Made by a program: the position numbers and the translations under genes
Shown: positions 47,804 to 57,578 of the stretch, piece by piece
Numbering within the stretch: position 1 is the stretch's first letter
How the letters are laid out: every line of letters begins with the position of its first letter
The notes under the pieces: model-generated
Databases searched by the model: none
Seen by the model: the letters and a program-made list of their open reading frames with translations, nothing else
Told to the model about the DNA's origin: nothing
Source: Thermoplasmata archaeon
GTDB taxonomy: Archaea > Thermoplasmatota > Thermoplasmata > Thermoplasmatales > GCA-001856825
Assembly (NCBI GenBank): GCA_021816725.1
Contig: JAKAXD010000001.1
Coordinates: 313,257-377,256 of the forward strand
Reading direction: 5' to 3'
Length of the DNA stretch: 64,000 nt

Positions 47804-49711
47804 TCATCCCTCAATGATTTCACCGATGTTTCCGGGGAATTTGTAGCCCGGGAAATCTTTACGGAAACGTGTTGACTTCCTCAAAACTTCCAAAAATCTT
47901 TTGCCAGCATAAGAATCATAGAATTCAGTCCTCATAAGTATGTCATAGTTTTCATCCCTTATCTTGTTGAAGGCTAGGTTCAATTTTTTTGCATAGAATT
48001 CTATGGAGATGCCGGCATCTGCCCTTCCCTGTTGCACCGCCTTCGCTACTGCAGCATGGCTCTTAGCTTCCCAGAAGTATCCCCTGACATTCTCTCTCTG
48101 AAATTTCTGACCTAATTCCTTATCTATCTCAGAGTCGATTAAGTCCCTCGTTCCAGATCCCTTGTTCCTGTTGACAAATATTAGGTCCTTTGCTATTATC
48201 TCCAGGAAGCTAGATGTCCCATCTCTGGATACAAATCCTTGCGTCCTTGAGAACCCTCTTACCATTATGTAATTCCTCTTCTTGTCTTCCCTGAGGAGGA
48301 AAGAATTGTATTCCCCTTTCTTTAGAAGGTGTATGCCGCTAACATCTGCTTCCCCCATCCTTATTGCTTCTACTCCACCCCACGAACCAGCATTAATCAG
48401 CACGGGGGAATTTGACGAATCAGATATTACCCTCTCTATCAGGGGGTCGTTTGAGCCAATAAATAGCAAGTCCCTTTTATTGTTGTGAAGGGGGAAGTAA
48501 AGGACTTCGTCATTCTCATCATAAAAATTCCTTTCTGACTTCAAAACTACAAACCCGTCAGCATACGCAAGCCTACTGATTGAGCCAGACTCCCCGAAAA
48601 TAGGGTATGCCCGACCACTCCTCCCTTTGATTGCAGGCAACACCAGGTCCTTGCCCCTTTCAGAATTTATCCTGAATGGTACCTTAACTGAAGACATCTC
48701 CTCATCGAGCTGCCCAAATGCAGACTGGATGGAAGGAACTACAATGTATTTCAAGACTGAGGCTGCAGAGAGAGGAAATCCTGGCATCCCTAATATGATG
48801 CCCTTCCCAAGCGATGCAAGGAAAGTTGGCTTCCCTGGCTTTATTGAAATACCATGAAACTCCATCCTTCCTCCTAGATTCCCAATAGCACGATATAACA
48901 AATCATGAAAGCCTGCAGAAGTGGAACCTGAAGAAATCAGGATGTTAAATTTGCCCAAGTTTTTCTTAATGAACATTTCCATTGATTTCTCGTCGTCTTT
49001 TAACGTTCCAAGAATTGAGCAGACTGCGAGGCCTGTTCTTTCAACGGCCGCCTTGAAGTAATAGGAGTTGCTGTCAAAAATCTGACCAACTCTGATAGGA
49101 TTTCCTGGACTTATGAGCTCGTTTCCTGTGGAAATGATCCCAACGCTCAATCTTTCCATGACTTTGATTTTCCCGATTCCAGAAGAAGCCAGGAGTGCAA
49201 CCATTTCTGGCGTTATGATCCTTCCCTTTCTGACTAAGACTTCTCCGACAAAGAAGTCAGATCCAGCATGGGCAATGTTCTCTCCTGCATTAACAGATCT
49301 GTAGATCGCTGCTGTTCCATCATCAGTGGATGTGTGTTCTACCATGACCACAGAATCCGCGCCTCTTGGGATAACTGAACCAGTGGGAATATATGCAGCT
49401 TCCCCAATCCCAATTTCAAGATTCGATTGCTTTCCTATCTCAATTTCACCCACTATTCGAAGCTTCTTAGGGGAATCCTCATCCGCTCCGACGACGGACT
49501 GGTGATTCACTGCATAACCATCCACCTCCGACCTGTCGAAAGGTGGTATGTCCTCTGTGGAAAATACGTCTTCAGCTGCTATCATCCCACTGGCATTTTG
49601 GATTTCCTCAGTTTTCTGCTTGATCACATCTCCAAATCTCTCTCTCAGTAACTGTTTGGCTTCGTCAGGGCTCACAAGTAAATGAAAAATCTTGGCTCCC
49701 ATTTCTACCAT
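47804..49711 (-). CDS. moeA: MoeA fused to a C-terminal PBP/LysR-type substrate-binding domain
   Basis: PPFDRSEVDGYAV, STGNEL, IKPGKP, PGFP, then GSWGG, NRNKGSGTR, GRADAG. Confidence 0.92.
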   Translation of the reverse strand: MVEMGAKIFHLLVSPDEAKQLLRERFGDVIKQKTEEIQNASGMIAAEDVFSTEDIPPFDRSEVDGYAVNHQSVVGADEDSPKKLRIVGEIEIGKQSNLEIGIGEAAYIPTGSVIPRGADSVVMVEHTSTDDGTAAIYRSVNAGENIAHAGSDFFVGEVLVRKGRIITPEMVALLASSGIGKIKVMERLSVGIISTGNELISPGNPIRVGQIFDSNSYYFKAAVERTGLAVCSILGTLKDDEKSMEMFIKKNLGKFNILISSGSTSAGFHDLLYRAIGNLGGRMEFHGISIKPGKPTFLASLGKGIILGMPGFPLSAASVLKYIVVPSIQSAFGQLDEEMSSVKVPFRINSERGKDLVLPAIKGRSGRAYPIFGESGSISRLAYADGFVVLKSERNFYDENDEVLYFPLHNNKRDLLFIGSNDPLIERVISDSSNSPVLINAGSWGGVEAIRMGEADVSGIHLLKKGEYNSFLLREDKKRNYIMVRGFSRTQGFVSRDGTSSFLEIIAKDLIFVNRNKGSGTRDLIDSEIDKELGQKFQRENVRGYFWEAKSHAAVAKAVQQGRADAGISIEFYAKKLNLAFNKIRDENYDILMRTEFYDSYAGKRFLEVLRKSTRFRKDFPGYKFPGNIGEIIEG

Positions 49712-50898
49712 CTCAGCATTTCAACTTTTACAATCTGCCCCCGCTCCATCCCCTCGAGATTCTCATCAATGACCATGATACCATCAGCATCTATGACAGA
49801 ATAAATTACCCCGGAGCCTGTCACCCTCGAAGGTATCACTTTCATCCCCCCCTTTCCCTCCTCGATCTTGACCCTTACGAAACTCTTAAAACCAAGTGCA
49901 TTTACTACGCTCCTCTGCAACACCCCTTCCCTGACATCCCCTGCTCCAGTGAGAAGGCCGAACCAATTTTCAATGACCCTCAGAATGAGGTTCTCTGATG
50001 CTACTAGTGCTGCAACAGGCAGTCCAGAGAGCATGAAAACTGGTTTTCCTTTCATGATGGCCAATGATGTCGTTCTTCCAGGCCTAATTCTCAACCCCCT
50101 GAAGACGTACTTCCCCTGTTTCTCTACAACATATGGAAGATAATCCCTTTCTCCGGGTCCGGTTCCACCTGTTACAATTAGAATGTCTTCGGTCATCGAA
50201 TCTAACCTTTTTTCTATTTCTCCTATGTTGTCCTCGACTGCCCCATACCCCCTGGCCTGCAGTCCTTTGCTCAGGAAATAGGAAACAAGCATAGGTTGGG
50301 TAGAGTTCACTACCTCCCCCGTGACTAACTCGTCTCCTGTTGAAACGATACCTATAGACATGGAGCATACCTCAATCTCATTGATCCCACATTCATAGAG
50401 TGCGGCAACGTGAGGTGGCGTGATTCTTTCCCCACTTCTAATTATCGTGATGTTTTTCATCATGTCCTCCCCCTTCCGGCTGACGTTCTGGAAGGGCCTG
50501 ACTGGGGAGAATACTTCAAGTAGATTCCCAGACTCCTTTGTGTCTTCCATCATTACCACAGCATTTGTACCTGCAGGTAGTGGAGCACCAGTCATGACCT
50601 TGACCGCTTCCCCCTTTCCCACAGAGTATGTAACCCTTGAAGATGGGTAGAGTCCACCTTTGACCGTGAATACGGCTGGATTTGTCTTGCTCGCAGAAAT
50701 TGTTTCATTGGAATTTAAAGCAAATCCGTCCATTGCGCTCCTGTCCATCTTTGGAAAATCTTGCGGTGACTTTACTTCTCGCATTGAGTACTTCCCAACA
50801 GCTTCCATCACAGGGACTGTTTTGTGTTCCACCTTCGGAAGGTATTTCGTACCTCTTGAAATTGCATCATCGAGGGAAATAAAAGTCTTAAATTCCAT
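49705..50898 (-). CDS. moeA: Molybdopterin molybdo/tungstotransferase MoeA
   Basis: DRSAMDGFA, MTGAPLP, STGDEL, RPGRT, SGLP. Confidence 0.92.
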   Translation of the reverse strand: MEFKTFISLDDAISRGTKYLPKVEHKTVPVMEAVGKYSMREVKSPQDFPKMDRSAMDGFALNSNETISASKTNPAVFTVKGGLYPSSRVTYSVGKGEAVKVMTGAPLPAGTNAVVMMEDTKESGNLLEVFSPVRPFQNVSRKGEDMMKNITIIRSGERITPPHVAALYECGINEIEVCSMSIGIVSTGDELVTGEVVNSTQPMLVSYFLSKGLQARGYGAVEDNIGEIEKRLDSMTEDILIVTGGTGPGERDYLPYVVEKQGKYVFRGLRIRPGRTTSLAIMKGKPVFMLSGLPVAALVASENLILRVIENWFGLLTGAGDVREGVLQRSVVNALGFKSFVRVKIEEGKGGMKVIPSRVTGSGVIYSVIDADGIMVIDENLEGMERGQIVKVEMLRW

Positions 50899-51018
50899 AT
50901 GTAAAAAATTACTACTTACCTAAAACGTTTGCTGCATGGAGGAAGCTGATTTAATTCGATGAAGCTCACATTTAATTGTAATTCTTTAGTAGTATGGACG
51001 CAATGATTTGAGAAAGCC

Positions 51019-51912
51019 CTAATAAATAAGCTCCCTTGCGAGGTCTGGCAATAATCTCAGGTATCTTCCGGTAGGGATTGCTTTTATGGACGCGAAATAA
51101 TAATTGCCGTCTATGCTGAACCTTACATATCTATTTTCGTCAGTTCCAACAATCTCGTAATCATTGCCGGATATGTCATTGAACTCAATTGACTTCTCAG
51201 TAAGAAGGTAATACCGTCCGTTCAATGATGCAAGATTCTTGTAGTCTAGCAGTGAAAGGGTTCTGTAATGTGTGATCTTCGAAACGGAATCTACTACTTC
51301 CACGACTTTCCCTTCATCAATTGAAATGAGTGACGAAAAGCCCACTTCAAGATCCTTTGCATTGTGCGTGGCGTAGACGAAGTCAAAGTCGTATTTCCTT
51401 GAAAATTCATCAATAAGACTGATCAGTCCTAGCCTGGATATCTCATCCTGAAACGAGAAAGGCTCGTCCATCAGCAATACTGAAGGCCTTGAAATTATCG
51501 CCCGAGCGATAGCCACCTTCTGGGCTTGTCCCAGCGAAATCTCATTTGTCCTCTTCGGTAGCAAGGGATCAAGACTCATTCTGTCAGTCACTTCCCTATA
51601 TACTTCAATGTCCCCATTCCCATACCTTATCGATGAGAGGAGGTTCCCTTCCACTGTCATATTACCAAAAAGGAGCAGGTCCTGGGGGATATACCCAATT
51701 TTCCTTTTCTGGGGCTCCAATGAGCTTATACTTCTCCCATTTACTTCAAATTCCCCCTTGCTCTCGATCAATCCTGCCATGGACTGAAGGAGGGTCGTCT
51801 TTCCAGCTCCGTTCTTCCCTATGATAAAATTCCTCTTCCCGTCCAATGTTATGTCTGGGATGAGTAAGGTGAAACTCCCTCTTTTAACTGAATAATCTTT
51901 CAACTTAATCAT
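51019..51912 (-). CDS. wtpC: Tungstate/molybdate ABC transporter ATPase
   Basis: GKNGAGKT, Q-loop YIPQ, ISLGQAQK signature, LLMDEP, ATH. ATG 51912 overlaps the permease stop. Confidence 0.82.
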   Translation of the reverse strand: MIKLKDYSVKRGSFTLLIPDITLDGKRNFIIGKNGAGKTTLLQSMAGLIESKGEFEVNGRSISSLEPQKRKIGYIPQDLLLFGNMTVEGNLLSSIRYGNGDIEVYREVTDRMSLDPLLPKRTNEISLGQAQKVAIARAIISRPSVLLMDEPFSFQDEISRLGLISLIDEFSRKYDFDFVYATHNAKDLEVGFSSLISIDEGKVVEVVDSVSKITHYRTLSLLDYKNLASLNGRYYLLTEKSIEFNDISGNDYEIVGTDENRYVRFSIDGNYYFASIKAIPTGRYLRLLPDLARELIY

Positions 51913-52700
51913 TTTTCTCTCTCCAGAATCTTTACAAGCAAGAGGGCTACCAGTCCTGTAAGGATTAGAATGGAAGATGAGGCAACAGCAGTCGGTAGGC
52001 CAACAGATAGAAATTGGTAATAAATTAAAACTCCAGCTAAATGGATGCCGCTCGGAAGGATGGAGAATGCCACAATCAAAAGACTGCCAACTTCCGAAAC
52101 AGACCTGGCCCATGAAAGAATAAGCCCGCGAAGGAGCGCCTTTGCCATGGAAGGTATACCGATCACGAAATAGCTTTTCAGTGGGGTCATTCCTAGGGTC
52201 CTTCCGATGTCTTCATATTTCATTACATCCCTTGAGTATGAAATCTGTACAGCCCTTATTGCATAGGCTGAGGATAGAAAGAAAAGTGACACTATCACAG
52301 CAAGGAACGTATCTAGGAATTGATACCCTGGGTATATTCTCGATATCAGCTTTCCTATGGGCATGTCAGGTTCAAACGTTATTAACATCATGATCCCGAC
52401 GACTGTGTGTGGGATCATTATTGGCAGCTCTACGAGGCTGTCTAGGGATTTCGTGACTACATGCTTACTCCTGGAAACAAAATATACATAAGGGATTGAG
52501 AATCCTACTGATATGACCGCGACTAGAAGTGCAAGCAGGTATGTGTATTCCAGGCTCTCAAAAATCCCATTTGAACTCGCTCTCACAATACTTTCGAAGC
52601 TTTGGAAGGTAAGAGTCCTGATTACTGGTGTAAGAATAAACAGGATGTAAACTGCGAAGAATGGGATGAAAAGATAGTAGAGAGAATTTACTCTCTTCAT
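51909..52700 (-). CDS. wtpB: Tungstate/molybdate ABC transporter permease
   Basis: LPIMIPHTVVG, YEDIGRTLG (EAA loop), WARSVSEVGS. Confidence 0.85.
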   Translation of the reverse strand: MKRVNSLYYLFIPFFAVYILFILTPVIRTLTFQSFESIVRASSNGIFESLEYTYLLALLVAVISVGFSIPYVYFVSRSKHVVTKSLDSLVELPIMIPHTVVGIMMLITFEPDMPIGKLISRIYPGYQFLDTFLAVIVSLFFLSSAYAIRAVQISYSRDVMKYEDIGRTLGMTPLKSYFVIGIPSMAKALLRGLILSWARSVSEVGSLLIVAFSILPSGIHLAGVLIYYQFLSVGLPTAVASSSILILTGLVALLLVKILEREK

Positions 52701-53923
52701 ATCTCTTCGTAGGATGAGGTAGGAATGTAACTGGGAACAGGTTGAGTGATTTCATCCATGAGGGATGGAACGGATTGGTTTATTGAATAGAGGAGTGGGG
52801 ATGGAATTGGATTGAAGTCAGAAGAGACTAGCAGAGTTGAGCCAAGACCACTTACAAGATAGTAAATCAGCTGTTGTGCTTGGGCAGAATTTTTAGAAGA
52901 ACTGAGGATGGTTGCTGAGTAGAGTATTGGTCCTCCTGGGAAATTCCCTATATTGCTGTATCCTGGTCCCTGCGATGTTACGGCCCCGTAGAATGTTACT
53001 ACATTGCTGCTCAGGTTCCCAAGGTTTATCCAGAGTGAGAGGCCATTGGATCCCTTATCATTCTGGTAGTAGTAGAGGTGCTGATTTATGGCCTGAGACC
53101 TATAGGTGAGCGCATAGTCCACAGACTTCGAAGTGAGGTAAGCATCAAGCCCGTATTCTTCAGTAGTCGTTATTAGGTTTCCGTGTTTATAGGAATAACT
53201 GAAAAGTTGGTCATAAAGAGCCATAGGGTCGTTTTCAGGATATCCTCCCCCATACTTTTCCCTGGACAATGTTCCATTCAGCCCGAACCAGCTGTTCCAC
53301 GCAGAATTGTACATTCCATACAAAGCTGAATTGTTGCCCCACGCTTGGTGTACAAAATAGCCAACGGTATGCCCGCTGTTACCCAGAATGGTGCTGTTAT
53401 TGTACTGAGTGTAAAGTATCCCGGCAAGCTTTAGCATCTCGATAGCCTGGAAACCGCTTGGATCGAGGCTTGCATTCGAAACGCCAACCTTGATGCCGGG
53501 TGCCGTGAGATTATCGAACCAGTAAGGTGATGAGATAGCGTAGCTACTGTTCAACCAGGCAATTGCCATTTCGTTGGATGCAAAAATTACCATCCAGGAG
53601 GCTGTCTTGTTGGGGAAAAGGTACTGAGGTATCACTCCTGCTGCAGCAGAAATGAAAACATCAAAAGGTGTTCCTGCATCGATCTCGCTAGCGCCAGAAA
53701 CCGAGCCTCCGAAACTAGGTACTACTTTAATTCCAGTTGCGTTCTCGAACTTTGGAAAGAACTGATCTCCGAGGACGTAGGTCAAAGACCCTGCTGCAAA
53801 TACAGTAACAGGCTGTGTCTTTTCTTTTGAAGTGGAATAGAGAGAATGGCCAATTGTGATACCAGCCCCCATCCCTATCAAAAGAAATACAACGACGATT
53901 ACAGCAGTCGATTTATTTGACAT
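52697..53923 (-). CDS. wtpA: Tungstate/molybdate-binding protein, WtpA type
   Basis: N-terminal TM anchor, FAAGSL, GGSV, DPSGFQ, DYALTYRSQA, PILY. Confidence 0.82.
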   Translation of the reverse strand: MSNKSTAVIVVVFLLIGMGAGITIGHSLYSTSKEKTQPVTVFAAGSLTYVLGDQFFPKFENATGIKVVPSFGGSVSGASEIDAGTPFDVFISAAAGVIPQYLFPNKTASWMVIFASNEMAIAWLNSSYAISSPYWFDNLTAPGIKVGVSNASLDPSGFQAIEMLKLAGILYTQYNNSTILGNSGHTVGYFVHQAWGNNSALYGMYNSAWNSWFGLNGTLSREKYGGGYPENDPMALYDQLFSYSYKHGNLITTTEEYGLDAYLTSKSVDYALTYRSQAINQHLYYYQNDKGSNGLSLWINLGNLSSNVVTFYGAVTSQGPGYSNIGNFPGGPILYSATILSSSKNSAQAQQLIYYLVSGLGSTLLVSSDFNPIPSPLLYSINQSVPSLMDEITQPVPSYIPTSSYEEI

Positions 53924-54044
53924 CCAGTCAGGATTTTCTGGTGTTATTTAACATTTATAGAGTTTCTGAGGGGAAATCCATTTAACTCCGCGGGAATCCG
54001 CCGGCACAGACAAATAAATATATTCAATTATCAATCACAAAGTT

Positions 54045-55898
54045 GTGTATGGAGTTAATGGAAAAATATTGTGGGTAAATTTGGAAGATGCGAGTTTTCG
54101 GGAGGAAGTGATCCCAGAGGAGATCTACAGGAAATATTTGGGAGGATATGGTCTTGGAGCTTATATATTAAACAGGGAGATGTCCGGGAGTGAAGACCCC
54201 TTAGGCCCAAAGAACATTCTTGGCGTTATGAGCGGTATATTCAATAGCCACGGCGTTCCCCTTGGAGGGAGGCTAGAGATTGTAGCGAAATCACCTGCTA
54301 CTGGCACATGGGGAGATGCAAACTGCGGGGGGAAATTCGGACCAGAATTGAAGAACAGCGGTTTTGATGCAATATTCTTCAGAGGGATTTCAAAGGACCC
54401 GGTTTACCTTAAGATAGTGGATGGCAGATACTCACTTGAGAGTGCAGCCGAAATATGGGGAAAGAACGCATACGTTACTGAAGACTATCTCAGGAAGGTA
54501 GAACCAAGGGGGCAGGCATTGGTAATAGGAGTTCCAGGAGAGAAAAAGTTGCTGATCTCTTCTATAATGAACGACTATGGAAGGGCTGCAGGCAGGTCAG
54601 GGCTGGGAGCCGTAATGGGTTCAAAGAAGGTGAAAGGAATAGTTGTAAGGGGAAGTGGAAAGATCGCTCCGTTTGACAGGGAAATGCTTGTTCAGACAAA
54701 TAAGGAGATACAGGTGATGTTCAACAAGAACATTGATTTAGCAAGACCATGGCAACTGTATGGCACTACCTCAATAACGGAATCTGCCCATCTGAACGGC
54801 GACACCCCAATAAAGAACTGGTCAGGTTACGGTCTCAGGGATTATGGGGAGGAAAATGCAAAGAAGATCAGCGACAAGGAGATTGCCAAGGACAAGCTGA
54901 GGTCATACGGCTGTGCGCAATGTACCCTTGCCTGCGGAGGTCATGTCAGGAGGAATACCAGGTACGGACCTATAGAAGGGCATAGGCTGGAATACGAAGG
55001 AACTGGTTCTTTTGGAGGCCTGAACCTGAATTCCGATCTCGATGCCATGGCCATGGCTTTTGAAATATGCAACAGGGAGGGGATAGACATCATTTCAGCT
55101 GGAGCTGTCATCGCATTTGCGAATGAGTGTTATGAAAAGGGGATACTCAAGGAGGAGGACATAGGGTTCAAGATAGGATTCGGGGACCCGGATGCAATTG
55201 TAAGGATGGTAAAACTGATTGCCGCTGGTGAAGGAATAGGAGGCATTCTTGGAATGGGGGCTGAGGTGGCATCCAAGGTGATTGGAAAATCCAGCGACAA
55301 GTTTGCAATGCACATTCACGGCCAGGACCTCCCGATGCACGACCCTAAACTCATGCCTAGTCTTGCAACTACATATATCGCTGACCCTACACCCGGAAGG
55401 CACACAGCAGGCGGAATAGGCTTTGACGAAGGGGGAACTTTGACATTACCGTTTGAATATGAAGGTTCCGGGACAAAAATAGATCGGTACGACTACGACA
55501 CGAAAGGAAAAATGCAGTCCCTCTCAACATATGGGATGCAGGTGATGAATGCTACTGGAATGTGCCAGTTCTCAACTGCCGTCTGGCCGAACAGCTACCC
55601 ATACCTAAAGCTAATGAAGGCAATTATGGGATGGGATATGACCGCTGATGAACTAATGGAGATAGGAAAGAGGATACAGGTTGCGAGGCATCTATTCAAC
55701 TACAAGGCAGGGGTAAACCCCTGGAATGTAACACCGCCAGGTAGGGTTGTAGGCAACCCGCCCCTTGTAGGGGGGCCTACTGGTGGAGTTTCTGTTGATT
55801 ACCGTAGACTCGTCAAGGACTATCTTGAGGAGGTCGGAATCGATCAAGATGGAAAGCCAAATGAAGAAGTTCTCAGACGGCTAGGAATAGAGGCCTAG
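54045..55898 (+). CDS. aor: Tungsten-type aldehyde:ferredoxin oxidoreductase family protein
   Basis: KSPATG, GRSGLGAVMGSKK, CAQCTLAC, EYE, HDP, GMCQF. Confidence 0.92.
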   Translation: MYGVNGKILWVNLEDASFREEVIPEEIYRKYLGGYGLGAYILNREMSGSEDPLGPKNILGVMSGIFNSHGVPLGGRLEIVAKSPATGTWGDANCGGKFGPELKNSGFDAIFFRGISKDPVYLKIVDGRYSLESAAEIWGKNAYVTEDYLRKVEPRGQALVIGVPGEKKLLISSIMNDYGRAAGRSGLGAVMGSKKVKGIVVRGSGKIAPFDREMLVQTNKEIQVMFNKNIDLARPWQLYGTTSITESAHLNGDTPIKNWSGYGLRDYGEENAKKISDKEIAKDKLRSYGCAQCTLACGGHVRRNTRYGPIEGHRLEYEGTGSFGGLNLNSDLDAMAMAFEICNREGIDIISAGAVIAFANECYEKGILKEEDIGFKIGFGDPDAIVRMVKLIAAGEGIGGILGMGAEVASKVIGKSSDKFAMHIHGQDLPMHDPKLMPSLATTYIADPTPGRHTAGGIGFDEGGTLTLPFEYEGSGTKIDRYDYDTKGKMQSLSTYGMQVMNATGMCQFSTAVWPNSYPYLKLMKAIMGWDMTADELMEIGKRIQVARHLFNYKAGVNPWNVTPPGRVVGNPPLVGGPTGGVSVDYRRLVKDYLEEVGIDQDGKPNEEVLRRLGIEA

Positions 55899-56680
55899 AG
55901 AAAGAGCTCTGGTTCTGTCATCACTTCCGAGTAATTGAAAATTGGGCCATCCTCACACGCATATCTATGCCCCACGTTGCAGTGACCACAGACACCGATA
56001 CCACACTCCATGCGTCTCTCCAGAGAAATGAAAATTCTGTCCTCCCTGTATCCAAGACTGACTGCTTCCTTGACTGTGTTCTTCATCATCAAGGGAGGAC
56101 CTATGACGAACATCGCAGCCTTCCTGCTGAAATGGCTGTCTTTCAATAGGGTAGGTACAAATCCTACCTTCCCGTTCCACCTATCATCACCCCTGTCTAC
56201 TGTTAGATGGACGTCCACAGATTTCATCCATTCATTTATCTCCTTCTTGTAAACGATATCGGAGGGGGATCTGGCGCCATACATTAGCTCAATGTCCCCT
56301 TCCCTCTTCGCATCAATCATTTCCTCTATGAGACTTCTTATCGGGGGAATTCCAATTCCTCCCGCAACTGCTACAATTTCGTTGTATTCTTTCCAGGGCC
56401 ATTTGGAACCGTAGGGTCCCCTTACACCTATTCTCCCTTCCCCCATTGCTCTTGAAGTCACTGACCCTATGCTCCTAATGGTAAAAATTAAATTCCTTCC
56501 AAAACCGGAAGCAACTGAAATCGGTGCCTCACCTACACCTTGGACGGATAGCATGTAAAACTGACCCGACTTCCCCTCATTTTTTGCTCCAAGTTCCAGA
56601 GTGTATATTTCCGGTGCCTCGTCAATCCTTCTGGATACTGTGACCATTCTTGGAATGTATTCATTCGTTTGAGTAGTCGT
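55895..56680 (-). CDS. FAD/NAD(P)-binding 2Fe-2S subunit (sulfhydrogenase gamma/AsrB-like); probable ACG start 56680, first ATG 56647
   Basis: GQFYML, GEAPIS, RGPYG, AGGIG, ERRMECGIGVCGHC...CEDGP. Confidence 0.87.
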   Translation of the reverse strand, partial: TTTQTNEYIPRMVTVSRRIDEAPEIYTLELGAKNEGKSGQFYMLSVQGVGEAPISVASGFGRNLIFTIRSIGSVTSRAMGEGRIGVRGPYGSKWPWKEYNEIVAVAGGIGIPPIRSLIEEMIDAKREGDIELMYGARSPSDIVYKKEINEWMKSVDVHLTVDRGDDRWNGKVGFVPTLLKDSHFSRKAAMFVIGPPLMMKNTVKEAVSLGYREDRIFISLERRMECGIGVCGHCNVGHRYACEDGPIFNYSEVMTEPELFL

Positions 56681-57578
56681 GAGTTATCACCTCCTTTATG
56701 TCTATTCCAACTGGGCAGTCTTCAACACACCTGTTGCAGCCTGTGCACAAGAATTCATCCTTTGACTTTTTGAAGTAAACAAACTTATGGTAAAACCTCT
56801 GACGTAGCCTCTCGTCTAAACCATTCCTGATGTTTCCTGCAGACGAAGACGTGAATCCGGAAAGGACGCAAGAATCCCATTCCCTTTTTCTTTCGTCGCC
56901 GTCATCATAGAGGTCGAAACAGTAACAAGTGGGGCAGGAGTAATTGCAGGCACCACAGGAGATGCATCGGGATGCGAACTCTTTCCATATAGGGGAATTC
57001 CACTTTATCCTGCTTTCCAGGCCATCGACTTTTAGAGGTGGCATCTCTGTGTTGAATTTACGCTTGAAGTCAGTGAAGTATGAACCATCATCATTCCTGC
57101 AGCCGTTGAAGTATTTGTCATACTTGTCAGATGCCATTATGTGGTAATCATTCCCCTCTCTCAATACCTGAATATCAAATTCATCAAGAACTGGTCCGCC
57201 GAACGAGGAACAGAATCCGCCCTCACAAGGGGTGTTGCATACATAGTTCACAAAGAGGGTCTTGTTCCGCCTCTCCGTATAAAAAGGATCTCTGTTAAGT
57301 ATCTGCCTGTCCATAAGATAGAATCCCTTTAGGTCGCAGCTCTTTATGCCAAATACAGCCTTCCTCTGCTGCTCCTCAAGGTACAAAACGTTCTCATTCC
57401 TTCTAATCAAGAATTCTTTCGGTGCGTATCTAGACCGATTTTCAGAGACCTCAGCAAGGCTGTGGACCCTATCGAATAGGACTTCCCCCTCTTTCTCCAC
57501 TGCTCCATATGTCTCAAAGTCCCCTGAAATTGCAGCAAAAACTCTTTCCATCTCCTCTTTGCTCAATATATAGTTCAA
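56661..57578 (-). CDS. 4Fe-4S subunit (sulfhydrogenase beta/AsrA-like)
   Basis: GIKSCD, CISCGACNYSCPTCYCF, REWDSC, RQRFYHK, CTGCNRCVEDCP. Confidence 0.87.
   Translation of the reverse strand: MNYILSKEEMERVFAAISGDFETYGAVEKEGEVLFDRVHSLAEVSENRSRYAPKEFLIRRNENVLYLEEQQRKAVFGIKSCDLKGFYLMDRQILNRDPFYTERRNKTLFVNYVCNTPCEGGFCSSFGGPVLDEFDIQVLREGNDYHIMASDKYDKYFNGCRNDDGSYFTDFKRKFNTEMPPLKVDGLESRIKWNSPIWKEFASRCISCGACNYSCPTCYCFDLYDDGDERKREWDSCVLSGFTSSSAGNIRNGLDERLRQRFYHKFVYFKKSKDEFLCTGCNRCVEDCPVGIDIKEVITHDYSNE

Noticed and set aside
53960..54010. Moco/Wco riboswitch
   Set aside because: Too short, lacks the multi-stem consensus, and appears to lie upstream of both TATA boxes. Kept only as an unexplained element.
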